Shown here piece by piece: positions 13,021 to 25,562 of a DNA stretch of 64,000 bases. Source of the stretch: Octopus sinensis (lineage: Eukaryota); the NCBI RefSeq assembly GCF_006345805.1, contig NC_043000.1:22072001-22136000 (forward strand), given 5' to 3'. The translations under genes were made by a program, and so were the position numbers. Below the pieces are notes generated by a model. It saw nothing but the letters and a program-made list of their open reading frames with translations, did no database searches and had not been told where the DNA came from. How positions within the stretch are numbered: position 1 is the first letter of the stretch; each line of letters opens with the position of its first letter.

Positions 13021-14686
13021 TGCTTTATGGACATTTACAATTTGAACAACCTATGTCAGTTAACCCTTTTGATGCCAACCCATTTGAGCCTACACCCTGG
13101 CTCTGATCCATTTATCTACAAATATTTCTTCAGTTCACAATTTAAAGATCTTACTTTACAGCCACACTCCATAGTACTAGAGACTTAATTTGAATTTGTA
13201 TTGAAACATCATCATCATCGTTTAACGTCCACTTTCCATGCTGGCATGGGTTGGAAAATTTGATTGAGGACTGGCGAACCAGATGGCTGCACCGGGCTCC
13301 AATCTGATCTGGCAGAGTTTCTACAGCTAGATGCCCTTCCCAACGCCAACCACTCTAAGAGTGTAGTGGGTGCTTTTACATGCCACCCACACGAGGGCCA
13401 GTCTGGCGGTACTGGCAACATCCACACTCAAATGGTGTTTTTTTACGTGCCACCTGCACAGGAGTCAGTCCAGCGGCACTAGTAATGTACGACCTAAATT
13501 TGCAATGATTCAATTTTCAGTTTCTATCATCAGAATTTGAATATTTGGCTGTTCCTTGCACTTGAATTTTGATTACATGGAATCTAATCTTTCATTGCAC
13601 CTGCATTCTGTGTATTTGTTGCAGAGCCTTGTTTACTGTTCACATTATACTATAATGTCACCCTGAACTGGAAGACTTTAGAGTTAACATTCAACATTAT
13701 CATTTAATGTCCATTTCTCATGTTGCCATGGGTTGGATGGTTTGACAAGAGCTGGCAAGCCACAGGACTGCATCAAGCTTCAGTCATCTGTTTTGGCATG
13801 GTCTCTACAGCTGGATGCTCTTCCTAACACCAACCATTTTACAGAGTGTACTGGATGCTCTTTATGTGGTGCCACCACAGGTGCTTTTCATGTGTCACAG
13901 GCATGAGTGCCTTTTACATGACACTAGATATCAAATAGAAACTATATATTTATCTATCTTCTACTATAGCCTCAGGCCAACCAAAGCCTTGTTAGTGGAT
14001 TTGGTAGGCGGAAACTGAAAGAAGCCCGTCATATATATGTGTGTTTATATATATATATATATATATATATATTACAAATAAGAAAATGGAGGAACAAATT
14101 CATTTCAATCATCAACTTACAGATATTACCATTTCATATTATTTATTAACTATATAAATAGTAACATCAAAATCGAACAAAACAATATACATCAATATGC
14201 AAATTAATAATACCATAAGAATAATACAAATAAAATGGTCCTTACAGCTGTTTCAGCCCATAGATAAAAGTATCTCATTCTGCCTATATTAGTCAAATGT
14301 ATTGAGGTAATACGCAGTTGAAAATGAGGTACTTAAATATATATCTCAAGGCCTCGTCAGAGATTATAAAGTACAATCATAAAAATATAAATATAAAACA
14401 AAATACACACACATTTGAATATATATATATACACATAAGTGTGTGTATATATATATGCTGGTGTGTTTACGTCCCTGTAACTTAATGGTTTGGCAATAGA
14501 AGCTGATAGAATAAGTACTAGGCTCTTACAAAGAATAAGTTCCGGGGTTGATTTGCTCAACTAAAGTGGGTGCTCCAGCAGGTGGTGCAGTCAAATGACT
14601 GAAACAAGCAAAAGAGTAATATGCTAATGATTCTGCCAGCTTGCTAGTTTAAATATGTATTACATTAGATTTTATTTGTCTTTCAG

Positions 14687-14824
14687 ATGTCATGTTATTA
14701 AGAAAACAGCACAGAATCGTTGGAACATTGGTCGGTGCTCTTCCTCGTGCTCCATGCCAAAACAACTTACTTGGACTTCCATTGCAGCTATCACCAGAAG
14801 AAGTATCTGTACTCTTGGAGAAAG
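14687..14824 (+). CDS. TSEN34: TSEN34 exon 2
   Basis: tttcag acceptor; (D)VMLLRKQHRIVGTLVGALPRAPCQNNLLGLPLQLSPEEVSVLLEK(G), matching the Sen34 motif VGALPRxPxQNxxLGLPLxLxPEE. Requires a GC donor (AAAG|GCAAAA). Confidence 0.92.
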
Positions 14825-15899
14825 GCAAAACATTTTATTGTTTATAAACTTTGAATGTTATCATTTCATCTATTTTGTGGTATACTTAATTTTTGTTACT
14901 GGTCTAAAAAGAAAAATACTGTAACAATGCTTATCTTAGATTCCTTGTAAGAATAATTATAGTTTTTTAAAAAACTTTACAATATATTAATTAATATAGT
15001 GGTGTATGTTGGTTTTGGGATGACATATACTGCATATGTCCCAATATGTCATAAGAGGCTACTAAAAGGGCAACAGACTGTAAAATACTGCCTTATAAAA
15101 CTGCTCAACCCATGCCAGCATGTAAAAGCTGATGTGTAAATAACTGATGGTGGTGTGAGCCCCTTTTTGTACTGTCAGTCATTACCTACTCTCTCCTACC
15201 TTCCTCCAACTTGTATGTATCATTGTTCATCCCTATCACTTTTGTCTACCATTCACTACATCCACCTAAGTCTCTAGTCATCTTCTGTTCCCTCCTTTGT
15301 TCCTATTCCTCACTTTTTACATACATTCTTGCAACCTTCACCTACCCAGACTCTCTGTTCTTCTGTTCACCTTCTTACACCTGGAGGGTCCACCCTCTCA
15401 TCATCACTATTTTATTTCTCTTTAGAGTTCCACTCCAATTATTCTCACTCTCTCTTCTATAATGTAAATAACCACATAGCTCCTTTATAGCAAGAAACCT
15501 GCTCAGCTCTGGCCCCTTCTTTCATACTATAAACCTCTCACATCCTAGCATTAAAACAACCTTACTCAGTTGAGGAGGTTCTTGGTCTTGCGAACTGCAT
15601 GTTGATCTCCCAAGGACTGATGCTACAAAAAAGGAAAACACAGAACACTGTGTAAAATGACATATGTTATGAAGGGCATCCAGCTGTAGAAACTATGCCA
15701 CAGTAGATAATGAAACAGAAACAATGGGCCAAGCACATTCTCTGCCAACAAGATATATCAGTAAAATATCAGGATTTGTAGAAAATTCTGTTTGATTATG
15801 AGTTAGAATCTGTTTTGTTTTTTTTTTTTTAAATATAAACATTCGCTGGTGCATAATTATTTCATGAAAAATTTCCATTAGAACAACATGCAAATCTTA

Positions 15900-17097
15900 G
15901 TATATTAATTTTTTATATGCAGAACTCATCATCGAACCAAGTAAAGTGCATATTTGTCACATCATGAGTTTCATTGGGTTCTGTAGTGACACCATTTTGG
16001 GATTTTCATCTGTGCATGCGCAAGGATTCATGTCTTCCAGAAGGCCTGCCGGAAGACACTAATCCTTGCGCATGCGCAGATGAAAATCCCAAAATGGCGT
16101 CACTACAGTTCTAATACATGTGAAGCAGCCAAAAATGTTCGGAAGGCTTTTGGTTAAGATGCAGTAAATAAAAGGACTTGCAGAAAGTATTTTCAAAAAT
16201 TCAGACTTGGCAATTTAAATTTGCTTGATGAGCCTAGATCAAGATGTCCTTCCAAGTTCTATGACAAAATACCAGAGGCAACACTTGCAAGGGATCCTAC
16301 TGTGACAGTGAGAAAGCTTCCCATGGGATTTAATCTTAGCACTGGAACTGTTCATAATCATTTGAAGAAGCTAGGGGAAGTTCCAAAGTGGAGAGAATAG
16401 TTTCCTTGTGCTCTTTCAGCAGCAAATCTCCTACAAAGCTTGACTACTGTGAATTTGTCCAGACTTGTAGTAACCTCCAAGCACCATTTTTAAAACTGAT
16501 CATGACTGGAGATGAAAAATTAATTCTTTGCAACAATATTGACACAGACAGTAGCTAAGCCCAAATCAAAAACTTGCACCCTATCAACAAGAAAATTTTA
16601 TCAAGTGTTTGGTGAGATATGGACAAAATTATTAATTACAAGATTTTAGGGTCTTTTTGTAATATCAACAACTTCATTGTTTGAAGACTGATTTGGATAG
16701 AAAACATTGTGAATAAACTGAAGGAAGGTACTTTTTCAAGATAATGTTTGACCTCACACTGCACAGGTCTTATAAAATGTCCTGGAATCATTCAGATAGA
16801 AGAAAATATTATACCCTCCATATTCTCCAGATTTTCTTTCATCAGACTTTCACTTATTTTAGATTTTCACAAAACCATTTAAGCATGAAAAGTGTAGTGA
16901 AGACAGAAAATTAATTAATTCAAAGCCCAAGGAATTTTTCAAATGATACATTCAAAAATTTACAAAAAGATGGAGAGAAATGATAGAAAATTAAGGAAAT
17001 TATATAGATGATTAAATTTGCAATATTAAAAATCATGGTTGTACTTTTTTAAAATAAGTACTAAAAGTCTGACAGAATTTTCTATACAACCTGATAA
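15900..17097 (+). mobile_element. Degenerate mariner element interrupted by a palindromic MITE
   Basis: KVHICHIM..NTCEAAKNVRKAFG, LIMTGDEK and PPYSPD motifs, with stops and frameshifts. Confidence 0.8.
15982..16107. mobile_element. 126-bp palindromic MITE, TGT...ACA ends, 4-bp TSD (Ginger-like)
   Basis: Arms of about 47 bp with 2 mismatches plus an inner stem TGTCTTCC/GGAAGACA; GTTC duplicated at 15978-15981 and 16108-16111. Confidence 0.75.
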
Positions 17098-19488
17098 GAG
17101 AGAAATGATATAAAACAACATAAGCCTCTTTGAAAATTTCAAGCAATATCTTCTACTAAAACAAATTTGAACTTCTGGGCATTAATTTTATTACAATTAT
17201 TGTCTTTCCATGTATGTACAGTCAAACACATATGTACTCCTTTCTTTAACAGTCCTTACTTCCATAACCCTCCCTCAGCACTGTCTCACTCCTATCATTC
17301 TCATTTCCCCCACCATGCAACTTTAGCAAACTTCGGTCAAATGCATATTTTTTTAGAGATGTTTTATATTTACTTTTAATTCTCCTCAAATGCAACCCAT
17401 TACGTGGCTGTATATGAATCACATACCGTCTCCTCTGTCATATTCTAGTACAGTTTATTACTTTCTCTCCTATCTACAACCCCTAATTCTGGTCCTTTCT
17501 TACTCCCTCTTTTATCTTGTTCCTATCACTCTGCTTCTCTCTTTTTACTTTCCTTTCTTTCAATGTCAGTCATGTTACTCCTATTCAGTCTCATTACCTA
17601 CAACCAATATGTAGAGCTTTGTCACTCACTCTTATTGCTCTGGTTCTCTTGTATTACTCTTTCTTCTATCACTCTCTTGTTCTGGTTTTCTCCCATCACT
17701 CCCTTGCTCTAGATCACTCTTATTTCAAACTAAGGAACAAGTTACCAAAGAAAAGACAGGAGAGAGGACTCTTTAGTCTTCCTGTAGAGTTATCTTTCTG
17801 GTACCAGTGAAGAAATAAAGACGATAATCTTGCCAAGGATAATACCTCTCTAGTGAAAATGACATGATAAAATGAACTCGGTATGCTCTGTAAAGTTGGT
17901 AAGGATTGGGAAGGCATCCAACTATAGAAACAACACCAAAAGTAAGTGTAACAGTGGTGAAATATGATCCCTAAGGCATTTAGAATTTTGAATAAATTCT
18001 AACTCAAATTGTAACAGCTTGTCCATCCCATGCCAGTGTAGAAAGCAGATATGATATGATATATATACAACATTAAAAATTGCCAATGCAGCAAATTAGA
18101 TGTAGACAAGAGAAGTCTTGACAGAATAATAATAAAGTTGGATGTGAAAACATTGGGATTGTATTTCAGACCTTTCCAACTTTTGCCAACATGTAATAAT
18201 GGCAATGATAATTAATTAAAACCAGTTATCTTGAGAGCTCTTCTCTTCTAAATTAAAAATACCTGTTCTTACTGGACATTACTGTCTTGAGGCCAAGGAC
18301 TCACAGGGCCAATTACCCAGTTTTTCCGGCATGTGACAAAGATCACAACACTTCCCCTGAACAGGATGCCAGTACAACATAGGGTTAACTTCCCAGCTAT
18401 TGCCGGAATTCATTATACAGCTGAATGGACTGGAGCAAAGTGAAAGTGTTTTCCTCAAGAACACAATGCATTGCCTGGTTCAGGAATTGAAACCACAATC
18501 TTGTGATCATGAGTGTAACACCCCAACCACTAAACCTAGCACTTTCACTGCAACTAATACAACCAAAAGCAGCATTCTTCAGAAAGCTATCCATCAGTTA
18601 ACAGTCAGAGCATTTGTAAAATAAGTTCCTTACAACACCCAGGAGGCTCTGTACAAGTAACTGATAGTTTCTGGTAAGTAGCCAACCTAATCAGCAGTAG
18701 ATGGAGATATTTTGAAAACATAGTAGCCAGCCGAAGGTCATTATCTCTGCTGACAAGAAGATTCTCTGTCTGAGCAAAGAACAGATTGAACAATGCTTGT
18801 GAATGAACTGCAGTACTGCATAAGGGTGAGATATGGGTACTGAATGCAAAGGACATGTGAAGGTTGGGAAGATATGAAGCAAGCAGGGTGTGTAATGTTA
18901 GCATGCATAAATGATAAGGTACTTTATAAAGAAAATCAAGATCTCTATCTTTTCAATCACAATTATTAGACTTAACTTTTCAGAACTTACCTGTTACTAT
19001 TATAATAATTTCAAGGAGAGAGGCTAAGTCAATTACTGGTACTTATTTTTTCGACCCAAAAAGGATGAAAGGCAAAGCAGACCTCGGCAGAATTTGAACT
19101 CAGAACATGAAGACGGACAAAATGCTGCTTAGCATTTTGCCTGGCATGGTAATGATTCTGCGAGCTCACCACCTTGACTTGTTCCTCTATAATGTCAAAG
19201 CTTATCTGTTTCCCTTTCCTTTTATCACACTGTTTTCTCTCTTTCTAAACCAAACATAGGAAATCTTTATGCATGCCACCATTTGTTTGATGTATGTAAT
19301 CACTACCAAGCTTATTTTAATGTCAAATTTTTTATGCTTGCACAAATTACTTTGTACCAAATTTTCTATGGCTGTATGCCCAACAAACAATTGACACTAT
19401 GTGAATGAGCTTTTTGTCTGCAAAGATCATGCAACTTGTCAAGACAAGAAGAAATATGAACTCACACAAACGCATATATATAAGATGG

Positions 19489-19958
19489 CCTCCCCACCTT
19501 GCTAAGACAACGTTGGCTGCGCTGGCTTTGCCACGTTCGCGGTATGGAGGATGGTGAGATCCCAAAGGATGTCCTCTTTGGAGAACTTGTCGCAGGGCAG
19601 AGAAACATTGGCCGAACGAAGCTGAGGTACAGGAGGGATATGAAGGCACTTGGCATCAACACCAATTCCTGGGAAGATCTCGCAGCCGACCGAACTCAGT
19701 TGGAGAGGCACTCTTCACAAACAACTGCAGACCGGCAAAGAGAATTTGAGGGTGGCGGCAGATGAAAACCGAGCCCGCAGAAAAGAAATGACAGCCAACA
19801 GACCGGATTCAACGTATAGGTGTGACCTCTGCAAATGAGACTGCCACTTTCACATCAGTCTCTACAGCCACAGGAGGCATTGCAAAAACTGAATAGACAA
19901 CTCAACGGACAGATGACATCATCCATTGTCAGCCATGACCGACGGAGGCCTATGATGA
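19489..19958 (+). mobile_element. 3' fragment of a second RTE (BovB-like) family with very long TSD
   Basis: LRWLCHVRGMEDGEIPKDVLFGEL...CDLCK...SHRRHC; flanked by ~113-bp direct repeats (19375-19488 and 19959-20070). Confidence 0.8.
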
Positions 19959-20299
19959 TATGCCCAGCAAACAATTGACACTATGTGAATTTTATTTGTC
20001 TGCAAAGATCATGCAACCTGTCAAAACAAGAATAAATATGAACTCACACAAACGCATATATATAAGATGGGCTTCTTTCAGTTTCCATATACCACATCCA
20101 CTCACAAGGCTTTCGTCAGCCTGGGGCTATAGTAGGATACACTTGGCCAAGGTGCCACATAAAAAAGTGGTTGCCATTAAAAAGGGCATCCAATTGCAGA
20201 AGCCAAACCAAAACAAACTATGAAACCTGGTGCAGCCCCTGGCCTTCCCAGCTCCTGTCAAGTCATCCAACCCATGCCAGCATGGAAAACAGATGTTTA

Positions 20300-21870
20300 A
20301 ATCATCATCATTTAACGTTCGTTGTCCATGCTGGAATGGGTTGGATGGTTTGACTAGGCTGGCATGCTGGAAGGCTTCACCAGACACCAATCGGATTTGG
20401 CATGGTTTTCTATGGCTGGATGCCCTTCCTAATGCCAACCTCTCTGTGAGTGTAATGTGTGCTTTTATATGCCATTGGAACGGGTGCCAATTTATGTGAC
20501 ATAGGTATCTGCCACGACTGCGATTTTGCTCAGTTTGATGGGTCTTCTCAAGTACGACATAATGCCAAAGGTCTTGGTCATTGTCTCTGTGAGGCCCAAC
20601 ACTTGAAGGAAACTCGGCCACTTTGCCCAACACTCAAAAGAAACTCAGCCAATTTGCCTCCATGAGGGCCAACACTTGAAAGGAACTCAGCCACTTTGCC
20701 TCCATGAGGCTCAATGCTCAATAGATATTCCTTATGTGCCACCAGCACAGGTGCACTTGGCTTGATGAGTCCTCTCAAGTACAGCACATCACCAATGGTC
20801 TCAGTCACTAGTCATTGTCTCTGTGAGGCTCAAAGTTCAATGATCATGCTTCACCACCTTGTCCCATGTCTTCCTAGGTCTACCTCTACCACAGCTGTTC
20901 TCATCCATACTCATTACATGACCATACCAGTGCATTTGTCTCTCTTGCATACCACATCTGATTCCTGTTATGCCTAACTTTTCTCTTTCGTTGCTTACAG
21001 TCAAACATGCACACTGACATTGCATTTCTTTCGCGTGTCCTCAGCTGTCATAGTCCATGTTTCACTGCCATGCAGCATAGCTGTTCGCATACAGGCATCA
21101 AACAATCTGCCTTTCACTCTGAGAGAGAGGCCCTTTGTTGCCATCAGGAGTAGGAACTCTTTGAACTTTGCCCAGCCTAACCTTATTCTCACAGCATTCA
21201 CCTCCCCTACTAACTTGGTCACCTAGATAATGGAAGCTATGTACTACCTTTATCTTGATGCCTTGGCAGTTGATGGAGTCTATTTTCTGCACATTTTCAG
21301 CGTTTATTGTACCTGTGCACCTTCCACATACAAAAGTTAGTTTCCTTATTAACCTTCCTCTGTTGTTGCTGCACTTTTTGTGTCCAAAGCTTACACTGGG
21401 TGCATCGTATGGAGTTTCTACCTACACCTTTTATAAAGATCAAGCAGAGCCTTCTACCTGAAGGGATTTGTGATTTGTCTGCCTTCCTATTCACTAAAAC
21501 TTTGGTTTTTGCTAGGTTAACTCTAAGGCCCTTCGATTCTAGACCTTGCTTCCATACCTGGAACTTCTCTAGTTCAGGTAGTGATTCAACTATAAGAGCA
21601 AGGTCATCAGAATAGAGGAATTCCCAGGGGCATCCTGTCTTGAATTCCTGTTATTGCCTGGAAGACTATGATGAAAAAGATGGGGCTAAGCACTGATCCT
21701 ACTTGTACCCTAAATTCTTCACTCTACTCGTGGCACACCCTCATCTTTCTGGTAGTGACCCTGTACAAGGCTTGTACAGCTCTCACCAACCACTCATTTA
21801 TCCATAGTTTCCCCATGGGCCACCAGATAAGGGATCAGGGGACCCTGTCAAAAGTTTGCCAAACTATTAA
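20300..21870 (-). mobile_element. Older RTE subfamily, 5'-truncated (RT C-terminal half + 3' UTR)
   Basis: Broken ORFs with GLSLRVKGRLFDACMRTAMLHGSETW, GVGRNSIRCTQCKLWT and GRGRPRKTW; tail near 20305. Confidence 0.85.
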
Positions 21871-23168
21871 ATCATAGGCACGTAAAACACCAGTTGTCTA
21901 ATGGTGGTTGACAATGTGCTGTAAGATGCATTTGAAAGGGTTAGCATCAAGCCATAAAACACTGCCTCAAAAAGTACCTATTTCTTTATTACCCACAAGG
22001 GGCTGAACATAGAGGGGACAAACATGGACAGACATAGGTATTAAGTCGATTATATCGACCCCAGTGCTTAACTGGTACTTAATTTATCGACCGCGAAAGG
22101 ATGAAAGGCAAAGTCGACCTCAGCGGAATTTGAACTCACAACGTAACGGCAGACGAAATACCGCTAAGCATTTCGCCCGACGTGCTAACGATTCTGCTAG
22201 CTGCCTCAAGATGTACCATCCGACTCATGCCAGCATGAAAGAATGGATGTAAAAATTGCAAGTCATATCAGTTTAACTCCTAATACTGAAATGACACTAA
22301 CAGAAGAAATTTGGCTTCAGTTAGGTGAATCTTAATTCATGCAGACTGCTGTTTGCACATAAATATCTTTGTTTCTATTGATTTTTCTAGAAATGGTGGC
22401 ACATGAAAAAACATTTGAGTAAGGTCGTTGCCAGTGCCGCTGGTCTGGCTATTGTGCAGGTGGCACATAAAAAGCACCATTTGAGTGTGGTCGTTGCCAC
22501 TACCGCCTGACTGGCCCTTGTGCCAGTGGCATGTAAAAGTACCCACTACGCTCTCGGAGTGGTTGGCATTAGGAAGGGCATCCAGCTGTAGAAATTCTGC
22601 CAGATCAGATTGGAGTCTGGTGCAGCCATCTGGTTCGCCAGACCTCAGTCAAATCGTCCAACCCATGCTAGCATGGAAAGCGGACGTTAAACGACGATGA
22701 GAAAACTTTTCTTTTCAGCAAACCAAAACTCAGAAATAGTGATGCCATAATTCTCGCCAACATTGTTTAAATGCTCACATGGATCTTGAGTCAAATTTCC
22801 TATGACTGGATGCCCTTCCTGTCACCAACCTTCACTTGTTTCCAAGCAAGGTAATATTTCCCCATGGTTAAACATATTTTTGAGGGAAGAATAGAAACAA
22901 ACATTTGACAGTGACACTCATTGACAACCATTACATGTCAAGACAAGGATGTACACAAACATATACGCATGTTTGTACGTAACAGGCTTCTTTCGGTTTC
23001 CATCCACCAAAACCATTCACAAGGATTTAGTCAGCTCAGGTTATTGTAGATATTTATTCCAATGGGACTGAAGCCAAAACCACATGGTCAGGAAGCAAGC
23101 TTCTCATCTACACCTGCATCTATAAATTGTCTCTTTCCAAATTTGATTTTCGTAATTTTTTTTTTAAG

Positions 23169-23266
23169 GTATTGCTCATCTAATTCAAGAAGTTTTTCCT
23201 AATAAACTATCACCTGAAGAAATACAAGCTTATGAAGAACAAAGACATCAGAGCTACACAGAACAG
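23169..23266 (+). CDS. TSEN34: TSEN34 exon 3
   Basis: T-tract-aag acceptor; (G)IAHLIQEVFPNKLSPEEIQAYEEQRHQSYTEQ; CAG|GTAAC donor. Phases (1 in, 0 out) fit both neighbours. Confidence 0.85.
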
Positions 23267-23487
23267 GTAACATAACTTCAGTGTATTAAATAAATATTTC
23301 AAATAACTTTTACAGCTAAGCAGTGAAACCCCAGGGTAATTTACTTGAAATTTGTCAGCCAAACTTCAAATTTTCACAAATCTACCACTAGAGGGCCACC
23401 ATATAAATCTGACTAATTAGTGACAGTTAATGAACACAGGTTTTTGCTGTGATGTGTATTTGTGCTACCTGATAAATCATATTTTAA

Positions 23488-23670
23488 TCCTTTCGATACC
23501 AACCCAGCTCTGGCTCTGTAGTACAAATGTCTTGTTTTATAAGTTTTGAAGTATAATCTTCCAAATTTTAGTCACGATTTATGTTCCTAACACTAGCTTA
23601 ATGATAGTTATATTTAAAATTAAGTGAAAGGAACACAGAGCATCTCACAATAAATACAGTAACGAAAGGG
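23488..23670. mobile_element. piggyBac-type MITE
   Basis: TTAA TSDs; ends TCCTTTCG...CGAAAGGG; homologous to the 60.0-kb copy. Confidence 0.75.
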
Positions 23671-24224
23671 TTAAATGTAAGACAGCTGGATTATTACTTA
23701 CAGACTAATTGATATTGAAAAGCACTTTTCAGTCATGCTGGAGCACCAGTACTTATTCCGCTGGTCTCTTTTTTTTTGCTAAACTATTAAATCATAGGCA
23801 CATAAAAAAACACCAGTTGTCTAATGGTGGTTAGAACAAACACAAAGATGGCACATAATGGGCTTCCCCTCACTACACTTACTAATTTCACTCACAAGGC
23901 ACTGGTCAGTCCAGGGCTATAGAAGACACTTGCCCAATGCACCACACAGTAAGGGCAAACCCAAATCCAAGTAGTCGCAAAGCAAACTCCTTGATCAGTC
24001 ATCTTTGTGTAGGTGTGGTTTACTCAAACAAATCAACACCATTACTGATTTTATCAGTCCCATTTTGCCAAGCTGTTGTTACAGGGATGTAATCAAACCA
24101 ACATTTGTTGTCAGGTGTGCAGGAGTTTATTATAAGTTTTCAAAAGATGGGCATTTATTACAAACTTAATGCTTTGGCTGTAATATCTCAAAAGACTACT
24201 ACTGTTTGCATATCAAAATTTCAG

Positions 24225-24444
24225 ATACCTCTCTATCAACAAGAGCGGAGAATGGATACAATACGTAACTTATCTAATATTGTAAAAGGCAAGAAAGCAA
24301 AACGAAATCAGCAACTGGAACATCAAAAACAATTGGGAATGGAAATTGATGATACAGAATTTGAAAAAGAAGTAGAAATTGATGTTGATGAAATTAAAAT
24401 ACCCCCTATTGATGAAAAAAATTCAGTCGTACAAATCTTTACTG
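24225..24444 (+). CDS. TSEN34: TSEN34 exon 4
   Basis: tttcag acceptor; IPLYQQERRMDTIRNLSNIVKGKKAKR...IPPIDEKNSVVQIFT; G|GTGAGT donor, phase 1. Confidence 0.88.
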
Positions 24445-24538
24445 GTGAGTATCTGCTATATTCTTACATTGCAACTTGCATCTTTGAAGTTAATATTAGA
24501 TATTTTAGAGGTAATAACTATTGGGATATCTTTTATAG

Positions 24539-24697
24539 AAAATCCATGGATTAACAGAACTTACAAAGAAGCTGAATGGACATTCCCTTCAAATGCAATG
24601 CAAAACTTGCGATATCGAGTATTCAAGGAGTTCTGGGAACAAGGATACTTTTTAACACATGGTTCTAAATTTGGTGGAGACTTCCTCGTATATCCTG
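24539..24697 (+). CDS. TSEN34: TSEN34 exon 5
   Basis: (E)NPWINRTY...LRYRVFKEFWEQGYFLTHGSKFGGDFLVYP(G). Contains the tRNA intron endonuclease catalytic-domain motif KFGGDFLVYPG with the catalytic Tyr; G|GTGAG donor. Confidence 0.95.
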
Positions 24698-25359
24698 GTG
24701 AGCTGTTTTTATTTCTTTACACTATATTTCTCATTAAAAATGTTTTATCTTTGTATAATTTAGCTTCTGATAACCAGACACCATATAATGACACATGCGT
24801 AGCTTATTCTCCCCCCTTACAAACATGGTACTGCATGTCATGTAACATTAATAATATTTATTAAGGTCATTTTTTTTCTTTGCTTTATTATGCCATAGCC
24901 TAAATAAATTAGGAACCAACAGTATTAAGAAATTATCATTTAAAATTTTGTGATTGATTTCTCTAAATGAAATACTTGAATACTGAATTCATGAGCAATC
25001 TTTCTTAGAAGAAACAAAAGTGAATTTACAATTGTATCATCATCATCATTTAACATCCACTTTCCAAGCTGGCATGGGTTGAATGGTTTCACTGAGGACT
25101 GGCAAGCCAAGAGGCTGCACCAGGCTCCAATCTGAGTGCGTAGAGGATGCTTTTTATATGCCACTGGCATGGAGGCCAATAAGATGGCACTGATAACATT
25201 TGAATGGTGCTTTTTACATGCCACTGGCCAGTCAGGGCAGCAACAGCTACACTCAAATGGTGCTTTTTACATGCCACATAACTTTCAAATTTTCAGTTTG
25301 TGCTCTGTCCACTTCTATAAATTGTTTTCAATTCTTTTTAAAACTTCAATATTTCCCAG

Positions 25360-25562
25360 GTGATCCAGCCAGATATCATTCATTTTTCATTGTGCGGTGT
25401 GTGAAACAAACAGAAAAAATTCCAATGATGGACATAGCAGCAATTGAGAGGCTTGGGACATCAGTAAGAAAAACAGTAGTCCTCTGCTCCCTCAATGATG
25501 TCAATGAAGTTGATTTCATCTCATTACAATGGAGGGGTATGGGGTGGAAAACAACAGGATAA
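25360..25562 (+). CDS. TSEN34: TSEN34 exon 6 (last coding exon)
   Basis: tttcccag acceptor; (G)DPARYHSFFIV...RLGTSVRKTVVLCS...ISLQWRGMGWKTTG* with the catalytic His and Lys positions. The six exons sum to 894 nt (297 aa). AATAAA at 25662-25667. Confidence 0.95.
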
